A DNA stretch of 64,000 nt from an uncultured Erysipelotrichaceae bacterium (GCA_934675465.1 CAKUQM010000001.1:9053-73052); one strand, 5' to 3'; positions 1 through 12,450 are shown, counted from the first letter of the stretch. Program-made: numbers and translations. Notes: generated from the sequence alone by a model not told the origin.

Positions 1-3080
<3,080 letters not shown>

Positions 3081-3170
3081 GAATTTACCTACCTTGATTT
3101 AATTATCAAATAGATAAAAAATCATAACAATTCTAGTTTTTGCACGATGTTATTAACTAAAAATATTTAA

Positions 3171-3209
3171 TTATGATAGTTTGCACAGCAAGTGTGCAAA
3201 CTATCATAA
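3171..3209 (-). terminator. 17-bp perfect stem-loop between the two reductase paralogs (candidate intercistronic terminator or processing/stability element)
   Basis: TTATGATAGTTTGCACA-gcaag-TGTGCAAACTATCATAA. On the minus strand it is followed by TTAAATATTTTTAG. The stem includes the last two codons and the TGA stop (3204-3206) of the upstream paralog. Confidence 0.5.
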
Positions 3210-5084
3210 AGCTTTACCAACAAAGTATGCTTGATTAACTGCATCAATGATGCAACCAACACGGTCGCAATCACCAATCGAGACTGTATCTTTACATAAT
3301 TTGTATAACTCATCAAAATCGTAATTATTAGATACACGTCCAATAGATTCAACAATAGAATCGAACTCAATTTGTTTTAATACGCCTTCGTTTTCGATAA
3401 TTAGACAGTTATCTTTAATTTCTTTTACAATGGTATTAGTTAAAACCTTAATATCGCTATCATCAAGGTGATGTTTAAGCGCTATTTTGTATAATTCATT
3501 TCCATTAGAAGCTATCCCATCACATGCTTCGATAACAGTTACTTTTCTTCCTGTTAAAGATAATTCCAAAGCTAGTTCCACCCCTATAGAACCACCACCA
3601 ATAATTATTACTTTGTTTCCCAAAGAGTTCGGATTATCAATAGCATCTAAGCAATCAATCATTTTTTCTTTTCCGTCAATGTTTAATTTTCTAGATAAAG
3701 ATCCTGTTGCAATAATCAATTTATCTGGTGTTAATTCAGATATAGTCTCTTTGTTTGCAAAAGTGTTTAATCTAACATCAATATTTGATTTTTCAATTTG
3801 TTTTAAAAGGTAATCCCAATATCTTCTTAAATCAATCTTGAAAGGACCTTTGCTTGCCCACTTCAATAGACCACCCAAATAATCATTTTTCTCAATAAGA
3901 GTTACTTTATGTCCTTGCTTATCAGCTGAAAGAGCAGCAATGATGCCTGATACGCCACCTCCAACTATCACAACATTCTTCTTTTTTGTTTCGATAGGAA
4001 TTTGTAAGCACATTCTATTTTCTCTTCTGAAACGAGGATTAACGGAACATTGCACATTATAGTGTTTAGTCGCAATATGATAACAATGCATACAGCGAAT
4101 GCATGGAACAATATCCTCTTCTTGATTGTTTAAAATCTTTTTTGGCCAAAACGGATCAGCAATTAACGATCTGCCAAACATGCAACAATCAGCATAACCC
4201 TTATTTATTATTTCATCAGCTTCTTTAGGATCCATTACCGCTCCAACCAAACAAACTAATAAGTTTGTATTGTTTTTAATTCTCCTTGCAAACTCAACAT
4301 TATAATTGTGAGGCTCGAAAATAGTCGGAACAGCATACACATTAGCATCATAATAAACATCCATGCCAGAGCTGATATTTATCATATCTACCAAACCATC
4401 AATGGATTTAATAAATTCGAGCATGTCATCTTCGCTATACGTTTCCTTTACCTTAAGTTGTCTTGATAAACGAACGATGATAGGAAAATCCTTTCCCACA
4501 GCTTCTCTTATTCTTGTTAACGCTTCTCTCATGAAACGGCCTCTATTTTCAACGCTACCACCATATTCATCTGTTCTTTGATTCCATACTGGTGATAAAA
4601 ATTGTGAACCTAACGAATCATGACCGACATGTAAAGTAACTGCATCAAAGCCGAATCTTTTACACTCTTTACAAGTATTAGCCATTAAATCGTAAAATTC
4701 TTTCATAGTTTCTTTGGTGAAGGCTTTCATTTTCATGCCATCAAAACGAATACCATCCATAGGTCCATATACATATCCATCTTTATCCGGTTTCATAGAG
4801 AAAAATCCTACTTCACAAGATACTTTTGCACCATCTTGTTTTGCTACATTTAAGTCTTCTCTTGTTTTATCTAATTCATATTTTGAAAATATCTCTACTC
4901 CTTCTTCCAACAAATGAACCATAGCCGCACCGCTCAACGAACGATCAAAAGCACTAATTGCACCGTAATTTGTGCTTGAAGGTATTTTATAATTTGGTGA
5001 TAAGCCCATTGGCGCTGCGATTATACGATTTCTAAGCACAATGCCATTTACTCTTAATGGTGAAAATAAATTATTATATTGCAT
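3204..5084 (-). CDS. NADH:flavin oxidoreductase / 2-enoate reductase-like flavo-iron-sulfur protein, paralog A
   Basis: 626 aa with the same architecture as 1149-3080: FSPLRVNGIVLRNRIIAAPMG; PCIRCMHCYHIATKHYNVQCSVNPRF; VIVGGGVSGIIAAL. By eye it is roughly 40-50% identical to paralog B. Confidence 0.85.
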   Translation of the reverse strand: MQYNNLFSPLRVNGIVLRNRIIAAPMGLSPNYKIPSSTNYGAISAFDRSLSGAAMVHLLEEGVEIFSKYELDKTREDLNVAKQDGAKVSCEVGFFSMKPDKDGYVYGPMDGIRFDGMKMKAFTKETMKEFYDLMANTCKECKRFGFDAVTLHVGHDSLGSQFLSPVWNQRTDEYGGSVENRGRFMREALTRIREAVGKDFPIIVRLSRQLKVKETYSEDDMLEFIKSIDGLVDMINISSGMDVYYDANVYAVPTIFEPHNYNVEFARRIKNNTNLLVCLVGAVMDPKEADEIINKGYADCCMFGRSLIADPFWPKKILNNQEEDIVPCIRCMHCYHIATKHYNVQCSVNPRFRRENRMCLQIPIETKKKNVVIVGGGVSGIIAALSADKQGHKVTLIEKNDYLGGLLKWASKGPFKIDLRRYWDYLLKQIEKSNIDVRLNTFANKETISELTPDKLIIATGSLSRKLNIDGKEKMIDCLDAIDNPNSLGNKVIIIGGGSIGVELALELSLTGRKVTVIEACDGIASNGNELYKIALKHHLDDSDIKVLTNTIVKEIKDNCLIIENEGVLKQIEFDSIVESIGRVSNNYDFDELYKLCKDTVSIGDCDRVGCIIDAVNQAYFVGKAL

Positions 5085-5086
5085 AG

Positions 5087-5356
5087 TTAAACATAAAGAA
5101 TGGTGCTATAGATGCCTAAATAAATAAAACCAATACAAATAATAAACTTTAAAAATCTGTTAATTTTTATGTACTTACTAGTTTGTGGTAAAGATACTAA
5201 AAAAGCAATGCTTATACAGAAAAAGGAAACAAAAGCTCCTTTAATCAATAATAAAAGTGCTAGTACACCAATTAAAAAAGGATAAGTATAACTATATAAT
5301 TTGGATACAAATCTAACAAACTTAGGATCTTCCGTTTTAAAAATCGTTTTTGTCAT
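5087..5356 (-). CDS. small integral membrane protein, unknown function
   Basis: 89 aa with two to three hydrophobic segments. Tightly packed: its stop is 3 nt from the reductase start, and its start overlaps the upstream stop. Confidence 0.5.
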   Translation of the reverse strand: MTKTIFKTEDPKFVRFVSKLYSYTYPFLIGVLALLLLIKGAFVSFFCISIAFLVSLPQTSKYIKINRFLKFIICIGFIYLGIYSTILYV

Positions 5357-5595
5357 TATAATATCCTTCCTTTTTCATCAATCATTTGAATATTTGTATA
5401 AGAATTCTTAGTCTCAGGTAATGAAGCTATATATTTCTTTATCAAAGCTTTAGCTGTAACATCATCATGTGCATTATGGCTAACCTTTAAAGTTAAGCCA
5501 TTTACACTTTCAACCTTAAATGTAACTCCATCTAGATCTAATCCATTAAGTTTTTCGTTTAATATTTTTGCCTTGGGGCTACCTATTTGTAACAT
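5356..5595 (-). CDS. hypothetical soluble protein, 79 aa
   Basis: ORF with a GAAAGGAAC RBS 5-6 nt upstream of ATG 5595. I recognise no family. Confidence 0.5.
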   Translation of the reverse strand: MLQIGSPKAKILNEKLNGLDLDGVTFKVESVNGLTLKVSHNAHDDVTAKALIKKYIASLPETKNSYTNIQMIDEKGRIL

Positions 5596-5607
5596 TTTTG
5601 TTCCTTT

Positions 5608-5640
5608 CTAAAAACAAGTAGGAGAAGCTCCTACTTGTTT
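5608..5640 (-). terminator. intrinsic terminator immediately after PTS EIIC
   Basis: 13-bp perfect stem AAACAAGTAGGAG/CTCCTACTTGTTT with a 3-nt loop. On the minus strand it is followed by a T run (CTTGTTTTTAG). Confidence 0.7.
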
Positions 5641-5652
5641 AATTAATTAACG

Positions 5653-6924
5653 TTATTTTGAAGCTTCTTCTTTTTCAGCTAATAAAGCCTCTTTATCAAG
5701 CATCTTAACAAATGGATACCAAATTAGCATATCAATCGCAAGAATGGCAATTTGCATGATAAGACCTTTAATAGGTGTTGAAATGCCTAACAACCCTTGC
5801 AAACCAGCTGGCATAGTCCAACTAGGATTTACACCGTTAGGAAGTCCGACAAGACCAAACGCCATACATCCATAGGCAACTAAAGTGTTAACAATTACAC
5901 CACCCATATAAGGGATAAACAATACTGGATTTAACATAATCGGGATACCAAATAATAGAGGTTCACCAATATTGAAGATTTGTGGAACAATAGCCACCTT
6001 TGCTAATTCTTTATATCTCTTAGATTTAGCAAAGAAGAACAATAGAATAGCAAGGCCAAGAGTAGCACCAATACCACCGATTTGAATTGAATTCAATAAA
6101 CCAGTTCCATAAATATTAGGAATTGCTTGTCCAGCAGCTAAAGCAGCAGCATTAGCTTCATTACAACCAGCTTCTAAAGCTTGCATAAATGGAGTAACAC
6201 TAGAACCATGAATACCACAGAACATCGCAAGTGTCATGATGATTTCTGTAATCAATAAACCACCGAAGCTTGTTCCAACACCTACAAGAGGAGCTTGAAT
6301 AAAGCTATAAATCATTTGGTGTAATGAACCCCATGTTGTTGTTTCCATCAATCTACCAATCAATGAAAAGCCAAATACAATAATGAATGCTGGAATTAAA
6401 ACGCCAAATGTTGTTTCAACGTAGTGAGGAACGCCTGCAGGCATTTTAATAGTAATGTTCTTATCTTGACAGATTTTGATTATTCTAACAACTAAGAATG
6501 TTACAATGAAAGCAGTGAACATGCCAGTGTGTCCTAACCATGCTGAAGGAATAGCTGTATATAGTTCTGTAGGTGTTACTAGCAAGAAAGCAGCTACATT
6601 TAATGCAACAACAGCTAATGGTTCTTCAATTTCAAGTCTCTTAGCATATAAGTAAGGTAAAACAATAACAACATACATACTTATAATGCTTAATGTCCAG
6701 CTTTGAGCATTCATGAATAGCATAGACAACACTGGTGTGTTTGCCAAAAATGTTTGCCATCCTCCAATATCAACAAAAGCGAATAGACAAGCAAAAGATC
6801 CGATAACAATGATTGGCAACAATACCTGCATTGTTTCTGCGATTGCTTGTAAGAGTTTCATTTTACTGAACCATTCTGAAACCGGTTCAATAAACTTAGA
6901 GATTTTTTCAACGATTTTTTCCAT
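5653..6924 (-). CDS. PTS lactose/cellobiose-family EIIC permease
   Basis: 423 aa, polytopic. Typical EIIC(Lac/Cel) sequence and operon position after EIIA and EIIB. Confidence 0.9.
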   Translation of the reverse strand: MEKIVEKISKFIEPVSEWFSKMKLLQAIAETMQVLLPIIVIGSFACLFAFVDIGGWQTFLANTPVLSMLFMNAQSWTLSIISMYVVIVLPYLYAKRLEIEEPLAVVALNVAAFLLVTPTELYTAIPSAWLGHTGMFTAFIVTFLVVRIIKICQDKNITIKMPAGVPHYVETTFGVLIPAFIIVFGFSLIGRLMETTTWGSLHQMIYSFIQAPLVGVGTSFGGLLITEIIMTLAMFCGIHGSSVTPFMQALEAGCNEANAAALAAGQAIPNIYGTGLLNSIQIGGIGATLGLAILLFFFAKSKRYKELAKVAIVPQIFNIGEPLLFGIPIMLNPVLFIPYMGGVIVNTLVAYGCMAFGLVGLPNGVNPSWTMPAGLQGLLGISTPIKGLIMQIAILAIDMLIWYPFVKMLDKEALLAEKEEASK

Positions 6925-6937
6925 TTCGTCCCCTTTC

Positions 6938-7249
6938 TTATTTTTTCTCTAAATGTTCCAATACTGTCTTAAAGACTTTTTCGCCATTCATCATTCCATA
7001 ATCGACAGTATCAATAACCATAAATTCAATGCCTTTATCTGCATACTTTTCATCAAAGGCTTTTTTCTTAAAACGAACTTGAGGTCCTAAAAGAACAATA
7101 TCAGCTCCATCAATAACTTCATCAAGTTTCGTAAAAGAATATGCATTAATGCTAGCCTCAATTCCTAACTTTGCAGCTGCGTCACGCATTCTAGTTGTAA
7201 GCATTCCAGTGCTAGCGCCATGTTCACAAACAAGTACAATATTAACCAT
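6938..7249 (-). CDS. PTS lactose/cellobiose-family EIIB
   Basis: 103 aa. N-terminal VLVCEHGASTGML with the phosphorylatable Cys, and a DIVLLGPQVRF motif. Confidence 0.9.
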   Translation of the reverse strand: MVNIVLVCEHGASTGMLTTRMRDAAAKLGIEASINAYSFTKLDEVIDGADIVLLGPQVRFKKKAFDEKYADKGIEFMVIDTVDYGMMNGEKVFKTVLEHLEKK

Positions 7250-7569
7250 TATTCATTCCCCCTTTTGCATAGTTTAATAATTCTATCAGCTAAATCTCTT
7301 GATAATTCAGCATTACTTAAGTGGTTAGAAGCGTGAATAAGCATCATAGTTCCAACAACACAACCTGGATCTTGAGCTTCTTTCACCAATAAGCTAGTGT
7401 GAATCTCATGAGCTTTTTGAATAGCCTCATCACTTTTTTGCAAATTTTCCTCAGCTTCTAATAAATTTCCATTTTCAGCATTATCAATCGCTTCCAAAAC
7501 ATAACTCTTTCCATCTCCGGCAAAAGCAATGATTTGGCACGCAATTTCATTTATTTCTTCAATTGTCAT
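7249..7569 (-). CDS. PTS lactose/cellobiose-family EIIA
   Basis: 106 aa helical protein with IIAFAGDGKS ... KAHEIHTSLL ... LIHASNHL, the EIIA(Lac) pattern. 1-nt overlap with EIIB. Confidence 0.85.
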   Translation of the reverse strand: MTIEEINEIACQIIAFAGDGKSYVLEAIDNAENGNLLEAEENLQKSDEAIQKAHEIHTSLLVKEAQDPGCVVGTMMLIHASNHLSNAELSRDLADRIIKLCKRGNE

Positions 7570-7698
7570 AATATCTGTTGCTCCTTACACCATTAGATTA
7601 TTTTTTTTAAACAAAGAAAACAACATCACATTTTGCACCGCTAATGGACAAAAAGAAAAACAACATTAATAACAAAAATACTTATAATATAGCTAGAT

Positions 7699-9624
7699 AT
7701 GATAAAAGATAGTAAAGAAAGACAAATAGTATCATTACTGATAAATCAAATAGATTGGACAAATGCAAAAACAATTGCATCTTGTTTAGATATTTCTGTT
7801 AGAAGTGTTAAATACTCAATATCAGCTTTAAATAGTCAATATCCAGCTTTAATTTTTTCTTCAACTAAAGGATATAAGATTAACAAAGATGTCGCAAAAG
7901 AACTACTCGAAGATAATAACGGCTATAATATTCCTGTTAATTTTGAAGAAAGAAAAAGTTACATAATCAAAGCTATTTTAATTGATAATGAAAAACCTAC
8001 TATTGATTCTCTTTCTGAAGAACTATGTATTTCACCTGTAACATTGCAAAACGAGCTATCAAAGATTCGTAGTGAACTTGTTCCATACCATCTTAATATT
8101 CACACAAAAAATGATGTAATTTCAATTTCTGGTATATCAAAAGACAAGAGAAAAATTATCATTGACCTTATTAACGAAGAAATCAAATCATCATCTTTTT
8201 CTATAGAAAAAATTAATAATCTTTTTGAAAACGTTGATTTAAAAGTTATCGAAAAGATAGTTATTTCAGTCTTAAATAAGTATGAATACTTCTTAGATTC
8301 ATATTCATTATTTAATTATTGTCTTCACTTAGCTTTGGCTATTGAAATTCATAAGAACAGAAATGATCTCATTTCCTTGAACGATCAAGAAGCAATTAAC
8401 AAATTAGCATCTGGCAATGTAGAAAAGATAGTTAAAGACATATATATAGAACTTAAAAAAACTTATGATTTAGATTATTCAATATACGAAATCCAACAAG
8501 CATCAATTTTGATGATGACAAGAGTTGTGACGGCAAATGTTGAAAATATTAAACACGAACAAATAGAATCAATTTTAGGAAAAGACATCAACATCCTTAT
8601 TGAAGAAATAGTTAAATCCGTTTACGATACTTACAGCATTAATTTAGATAACGACAATTTCTTAATCCGTTTTGCGTTTCATTTAAAAAATTTAATCGTA
8701 AGGCTTAAATACAACATTAAAATTAACGACTTGCAATTCTCTGGAATTAAAAACGAATATCCATTAATATACGCTGTATCAGTTTTTATTTCTAAGATTA
8801 TTACACAACATTGTGGTTATATTCTACCTGAAGATGAAATTTCTTATATATGTTTACATGTAGGTGTTTTGATGGATGAAAAGAAAGCAACCGATGGTAA
8901 AGTTAATGCCATTGTTGTATGTCCAAACTACTTCTCTTTGGGAAAGAAAATATTTGTTAAGTTATCAGAAACATGCCACGATGATTTATTGATTAGTAAT
9001 GTTGTTACTTATCTAGATAGTAATGTTGACTTATCAAAAGTTGAGCTTATTTTAACGACTCAAGAATTAGATTCATCAATAACAATACCTCATTATGTGT
9101 TGTCTCCGTTTGTATCTCAAGATGATATTAGACATATTTTCAATATCACAAAAGACATCAAAAATAGGAAAATACAAAAAATAATAAAAGATAAACTTAA
9201 ATATTTCTTTCATGAGGAGTTATTCTTTGTTGGCAAAAAATTCAAAACAGATAAAGATGCAATTGAAAACATGTGCAATACAATGTTAGACCTAAAATTT
9301 GTTGATATTGACTATAAAGAACAAATTTATGAGCATGAGAGAATTAGCCCTAGTTCATATGGAAATATTGCTATCCCACATCCTTTAAACACTAAAGCTA
9401 AATCTAGTGTTATTGCTGTTTGTTTAAGTCCTAGTCCTATATTATGGGGAAGCAATAAAGTTAATCTTGTCTTTATGCTTTCGTTAAAAGAAGAAGATAA
9501 AGATTATTTTGCAGATATTTTTAGTTTTATTGATTCAATATTAAAAGATGAGACTAAATTCAAATTACTAATAAATGCTAAAAATTATGATGAATTTATT
9601 GATTATTTAATTAGCGTATTCTAA
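7699..9624 (+). CDS. PRD-domain PTS-responsive transcriptional activator (HTH - PRD - PRD - EIIB-like - EIIA-like; LicR/MtlR/CelR type)
   Basis: 641 aa. N-terminal HTH, two PRD-like regions, and a C-terminal EIIA(Mtl/Fru)-like region with GNIAIPHP. Divergent from the PTS operon. Confidence 0.8.
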   Translation: MIKDSKERQIVSLLINQIDWTNAKTIASCLDISVRSVKYSISALNSQYPALIFSSTKGYKINKDVAKELLEDNNGYNIPVNFEERKSYIIKAILIDNEKPTIDSLSEELCISPVTLQNELSKIRSELVPYHLNIHTKNDVISISGISKDKRKIIIDLINEEIKSSSFSIEKINNLFENVDLKVIEKIVISVLNKYEYFLDSYSLFNYCLHLALAIEIHKNRNDLISLNDQEAINKLASGNVEKIVKDIYIELKKTYDLDYSIYEIQQASILMMTRVVTANVENIKHEQIESILGKDINILIEEIVKSVYDTYSINLDNDNFLIRFAFHLKNLIVRLKYNIKINDLQFSGIKNEYPLIYAVSVFISKIITQHCGYILPEDEISYICLHVGVLMDEKKATDGKVNAIVVCPNYFSLGKKIFVKLSETCHDDLLISNVVTYLDSNVDLSKVELILTTQELDSSITIPHYVLSPFVSQDDIRHIFNITKDIKNRKIQKIIKDKLKYFFHEELFFVGKKFKTDKDAIENMCNTMLDLKFVDIDYKEQIYEHERISPSSYGNIAIPHPLNTKAKSSVIAVCLSPSPILWGSNKVNLVFMLSLKEEDKDYFADIFSFIDSILKDETKFKLLINAKNYDEFIDYLISVF

Positions 9625-9688
9625 AAACATTAATTCTTTATTGCAAAGATATTCTAAAATAAGCAAAGCATAATAATTAAAAAAGAAA

Positions 9689-9737
9689 AAAGTGTTTATA
9701 TTGTTGCAAGTTTTATACATCAACATAAACACTTTTT
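9689..9737. terminator. bidirectional terminator between convergent genes
   Basis: AAAAGTGTTTAT ... ATAAACACTTTT stem flanked by an A run and a T run. Confidence 0.65.
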
Positions 9738-9745
9738 TATACTAT

Positions 9746-10546
9746 TTATTCAGCGATAGAAGTCGCATCATAGCCAAAATACTTATTAGATAATTCGGCT
9801 AAGCTACCATCTGCTCTTAATTCTTCAATAATCTTATCAACTTCTTCAATTAAAGTCTTGCTGTAATCACCCTTGCAAGAGGCAACAACTGTTTTTTCAG
9901 GCTCTGTTTCATCTACAATCTTGATACCTGCATTATCACCCTTTTCTCTAATATAATCATTAAATACTGATAAAGAATTGATTGTACAATCCGCATCACC
10001 TCTTTGAAGTAATTGAATAGTATCCGCAAAAGTAGTTATATACTTTGTAGTTGCACCATATTCTTCGCCCATTTGAGCATAACTAGAACCAGGTGAATTA
10101 GTATTAATCTTGCCCTTAATGTCTTCAAATGACTTAATATCGTTGTTATCTTCTAAGACAATTAGAACTGTTTGATCATATAGATAAGGTGTTGAGAAAT
10201 TAAAAGCTTCTGCTCTTTCTTCAGAATAAGTAATACCATTAATACCTAAGTCAAAAGATCCTGATTGAACACCAGCTAAGATTGAATCCCAGTCTGTTTC
10301 CTTATATTCAACTTTAACACCTAACTTATCTGCAATCATCTTACCAAGTTCTACGTCAAAACCAACTAGTTCATTAGTTTCTTCATCATGATAAGTATAT
10401 GGAGACCAGTCTCCTTCAGTTGCTACTACAAGAGTTCCTCTTTCCTTAATAGTAGCTAATAAATCTTTCTTCTCCTCTTCTTCTTGTTGTTTACCACAAG
10501 CGGTTAAGCTTAATAGTAAAGCTAATAACACAATAATCTTCTTCAT
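9746..10546 (-). CDS. polar amino-acid (possibly cystine) ABC transporter substrate-binding lipoprotein
   Basis: 266 aa. Signal peptide with lipobox LSLTAC and a family-3 SBP-like sequence. Confidence 0.8.
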   Translation of the reverse strand: MKKIIVLLALLLSLTACGKQQEEEEKKDLLATIKERGTLVVATEGDWSPYTYHDEETNELVGFDVELGKMIADKLGVKVEYKETDWDSILAGVQSGSFDLGINGITYSEERAEAFNFSTPYLYDQTVLIVLEDNNDIKSFEDIKGKINTNSPGSSYAQMGEEYGATTKYITTFADTIQLLQRGDADCTINSLSVFNDYIREKGDNAGIKIVDETEPEKTVVASCKGDYSKTLIEEVDKIIEELRADGSLAELSNKYFGYDATSIAE

Positions 10547-11287
10547 TTAAAATTCTCCTTCCACATTATTTATAAAACGTTTAATACGCTCATTCTTTTG
10601 GTTATTAAAGAATGAATCAGTATCACTATCACAAATTACTTCACCCTCATCTAAGAAAATAATACGATTAGATACATTACGGGCAAAGGCCATTTCATGA
10701 GTTACCACTACCATCGTTACTTTTTCCTTAGCCAAGTCTTTCATAACCCCCAATACTTCATTAGTTAATTCAGGGTCTAGAGAACTTGTTGGTTCATCAA
10801 AGTAAATAACTTCCGGTTTATATGCTAGAGCTCTGGCAATAGATACACGCTGTTGTTGACCACCTGATAAAGAGATTGGGTAATAGTCTAATTTATCACC
10901 TAAACCAACTTTTTCTAGGGCACTTGTAGCTATTTCTCTTGCCTTTGTCTTATCCATATTTCTAACAGTAACCAAGCCTTCCATGACATTTTCTAAAGCT
11001 GTTTTATTTAAGAAAAGGTTATAGTTTTGAAACACAAAACCCGTTTTCATACGTAAAGCCGCTATATCACTTTTCTTCATATTAGCTAAGTCATATTCCT
11101 TACCATCAAAGACCAAAGTACCTTTATCAGCCTTAGCTAGAAAATTGATACAACGTAAGATGGTTGTCTTACCACCACCAGAAGATCCTAGTATGGCAAT
11201 CACATCGCCATCATTTATCTTAAAATTTATACCCTTTAAGACTTCATTATCACCAAAGGACTTATGTAAATCTTTTACTTCAATCAT
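10547..11287 (-). CDS. amino-acid ABC transporter ATP-binding protein
   Basis: 246 aa. Walker A GSSGGGKTT, signature LSGGQQQRV, Walker B IYFDEPTS. Confidence 0.9.
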   Translation of the reverse strand: MIEVKDLHKSFGDNEVLKGINFKINDGDVIAILGSSGGGKTTILRCINFLAKADKGTLVFDGKEYDLANMKKSDIAALRMKTGFVFQNYNLFLNKTALENVMEGLVTVRNMDKTKAREIATSALEKVGLGDKLDYYPISLSGGQQQRVSIARALAYKPEVIYFDEPTSSLDPELTNEVLGVMKDLAKEKVTMVVVTHEMAFARNVSNRIIFLDEGEVICDSDTDSFFNNQKNERIKRFINNVEGEF

Positions 11288-11955
11288 CTAACACCTCCGT
11301 AGAAGTTTAAACGCTTCTCAATTTTCTTTTGTGCAATAGATATAATTGAACAAAATAATAAGTAAATAATCGCTGCTTCTAGATATAGGACAAATGGTTC
11401 AAATACTCTACCATTGACAATCTGAGCCTGTCTAAACATTTCAACTACTGTAATAGTTGAGGCCATTGATGAATCTTTAATTAGCGCAATAAAGGAATTC
11501 ATTAAAGATGGGAAGGCTGTACGTAAGGCTTGAGGAAGTATGATTCTCGTCATGATTTGTAGATAATTCATACCCACACAATAACCCGCTTCCATTTGAC
11601 CACTTGGTACCGCCTCTAGTGATGCCCTCATAGTTTCTGACATATAGGCACCCTCGTTTAGTCCTAGTACCACAATAGCACATACAATTGGATCTAGTTT
11701 TATACCAAGAGATGGCAAGCCATAGAAGAAAATATAAAGTTGTACAAGCAACGGTGTACCTCTTACTATCCAAACATAAAATCTAGATAATGGAGTTAAT
11801 ACCTTTATATGGGCAAATTGAATAAAGGCTACAAGTACTGATATTAAAAAAGCCAAGACAAAAGAAGCTAGCGACACAGGGATAGTCACCTTTAGTCCTA
11901 GTTCTAGTATTTTAGGAAAAGAGTTGATAATAATATTTATTAAACGTTCATCCAT
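11284..11955 (-). CDS. amino-acid ABC transporter permease
   Basis: 223 aa, HisM/GlnP-type permease with an EAA-like loop (MRASLEAVPSGQMEAG). Confidence 0.85.
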   Translation of the reverse strand: MDERLINIIINSFPKILELGLKVTIPVSLASFVLAFLISVLVAFIQFAHIKVLTPLSRFYVWIVRGTPLLVQLYIFFYGLPSLGIKLDPIVCAIVVLGLNEGAYMSETMRASLEAVPSGQMEAGYCVGMNYLQIMTRIILPQALRTAFPSLMNSFIALIKDSSMASTITVVEMFRQAQIVNGRVFEPFVLYLEAAIIYLLFCSIISIAQKKIEKRLNFYGGVR

Positions 11956-11961
11956 TTTTAA

Positions 11962-11986
11962 TTCCTACCTTTTATATAGGTAATTC
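11962..11986. promoter_or_regulatory. inverted-repeat operator candidate 1 in the divergent ABC/Rrf2 promoter region
   Basis: TTCCTACCTTTTATATAGGTAATTC (TACCT-n7-AGGTA). Confidence 0.35.
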
Positions 11987-12003
11987 AAATTATATTTTCT
12001 ATA

Positions 12004-12028
12004 TCCTACCTTGTCAATAGGAATTAAA
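12004..12028. promoter_or_regulatory. CymR-like operator candidate 2
   Basis: TCCTACCTTGTCAATAGGAATTAAA contains ATAGGAATTA, the conserved 3' part of the B. subtilis CymR box as I remember it (TAAWNCN2ANTWNAN3ATMGGAATTW). Confidence 0.4.
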
Positions 12029-12045
12029 TAACCTAAAATTATAGT

Positions 12046-12450
12046 ATGTTAATATCAACAAAAGGAACTAACGCTATTAGAGCTTTAGTAGATATCGCTA
12101 AGCATCAAGATGAATGTGAATACATCCCACTTTCAGCCATTGCCACAAGATTAAATATTTCTAGAAAATACTTAGAATGCATCATGTGTTTATTGGCAAA
12201 GAATAAGATGGTTTGTGTATGTAAAGGCAAGTTTGGTGGGTATCGTTTATGCAAAAATCCTGAGGAATATTCTTTATTCGATATTTTAATCATTACTGAA
12301 GAAGAATTTAAGACAAGTCCTTGTCATTGTGTTGATAAGAATGGTCAATGTGAAGAAAAAAGCTCATGTACAGTATTAAGTACTTGTAATGAGCTTCATG
12401 AATTAATTTGTGATTATCTTAAAAATAAGACACTTAAGGATTTGCTTTAG
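12046..12450 (+). CDS. Rrf2-family transcriptional regulator (CymR/IscR-like)
   Basis: 134 aa. N-terminal Rrf2 wHTH (MLISTKGTNAIRALVDIAKH) and a C-terminal Cys cluster. Divergent from the amino-acid ABC operon. Confidence 0.8.
   Translation: MLISTKGTNAIRALVDIAKHQDECEYIPLSAIATRLNISRKYLECIMCLLAKNKMVCVCKGKFGGYRLCKNPEEYSLFDILIITEEEFKTSPCHCVDKNGQCEEKSSCTVLSTCNELHELICDYLKNKTLKDLL

Noticed and set aside
7570-7698. RAT/terminator antitermination element or a sigma-54 promoter upstream of the PTS EIIA gene.
   Set aside because: There is no RAT-like sequence (GGATTGTTACTG...), no leader terminator and no TGGCAC-n5-TTGCA. The adjacent regulator has an HTH and looks like a DNA-binding LicR/MtlR-type activator.
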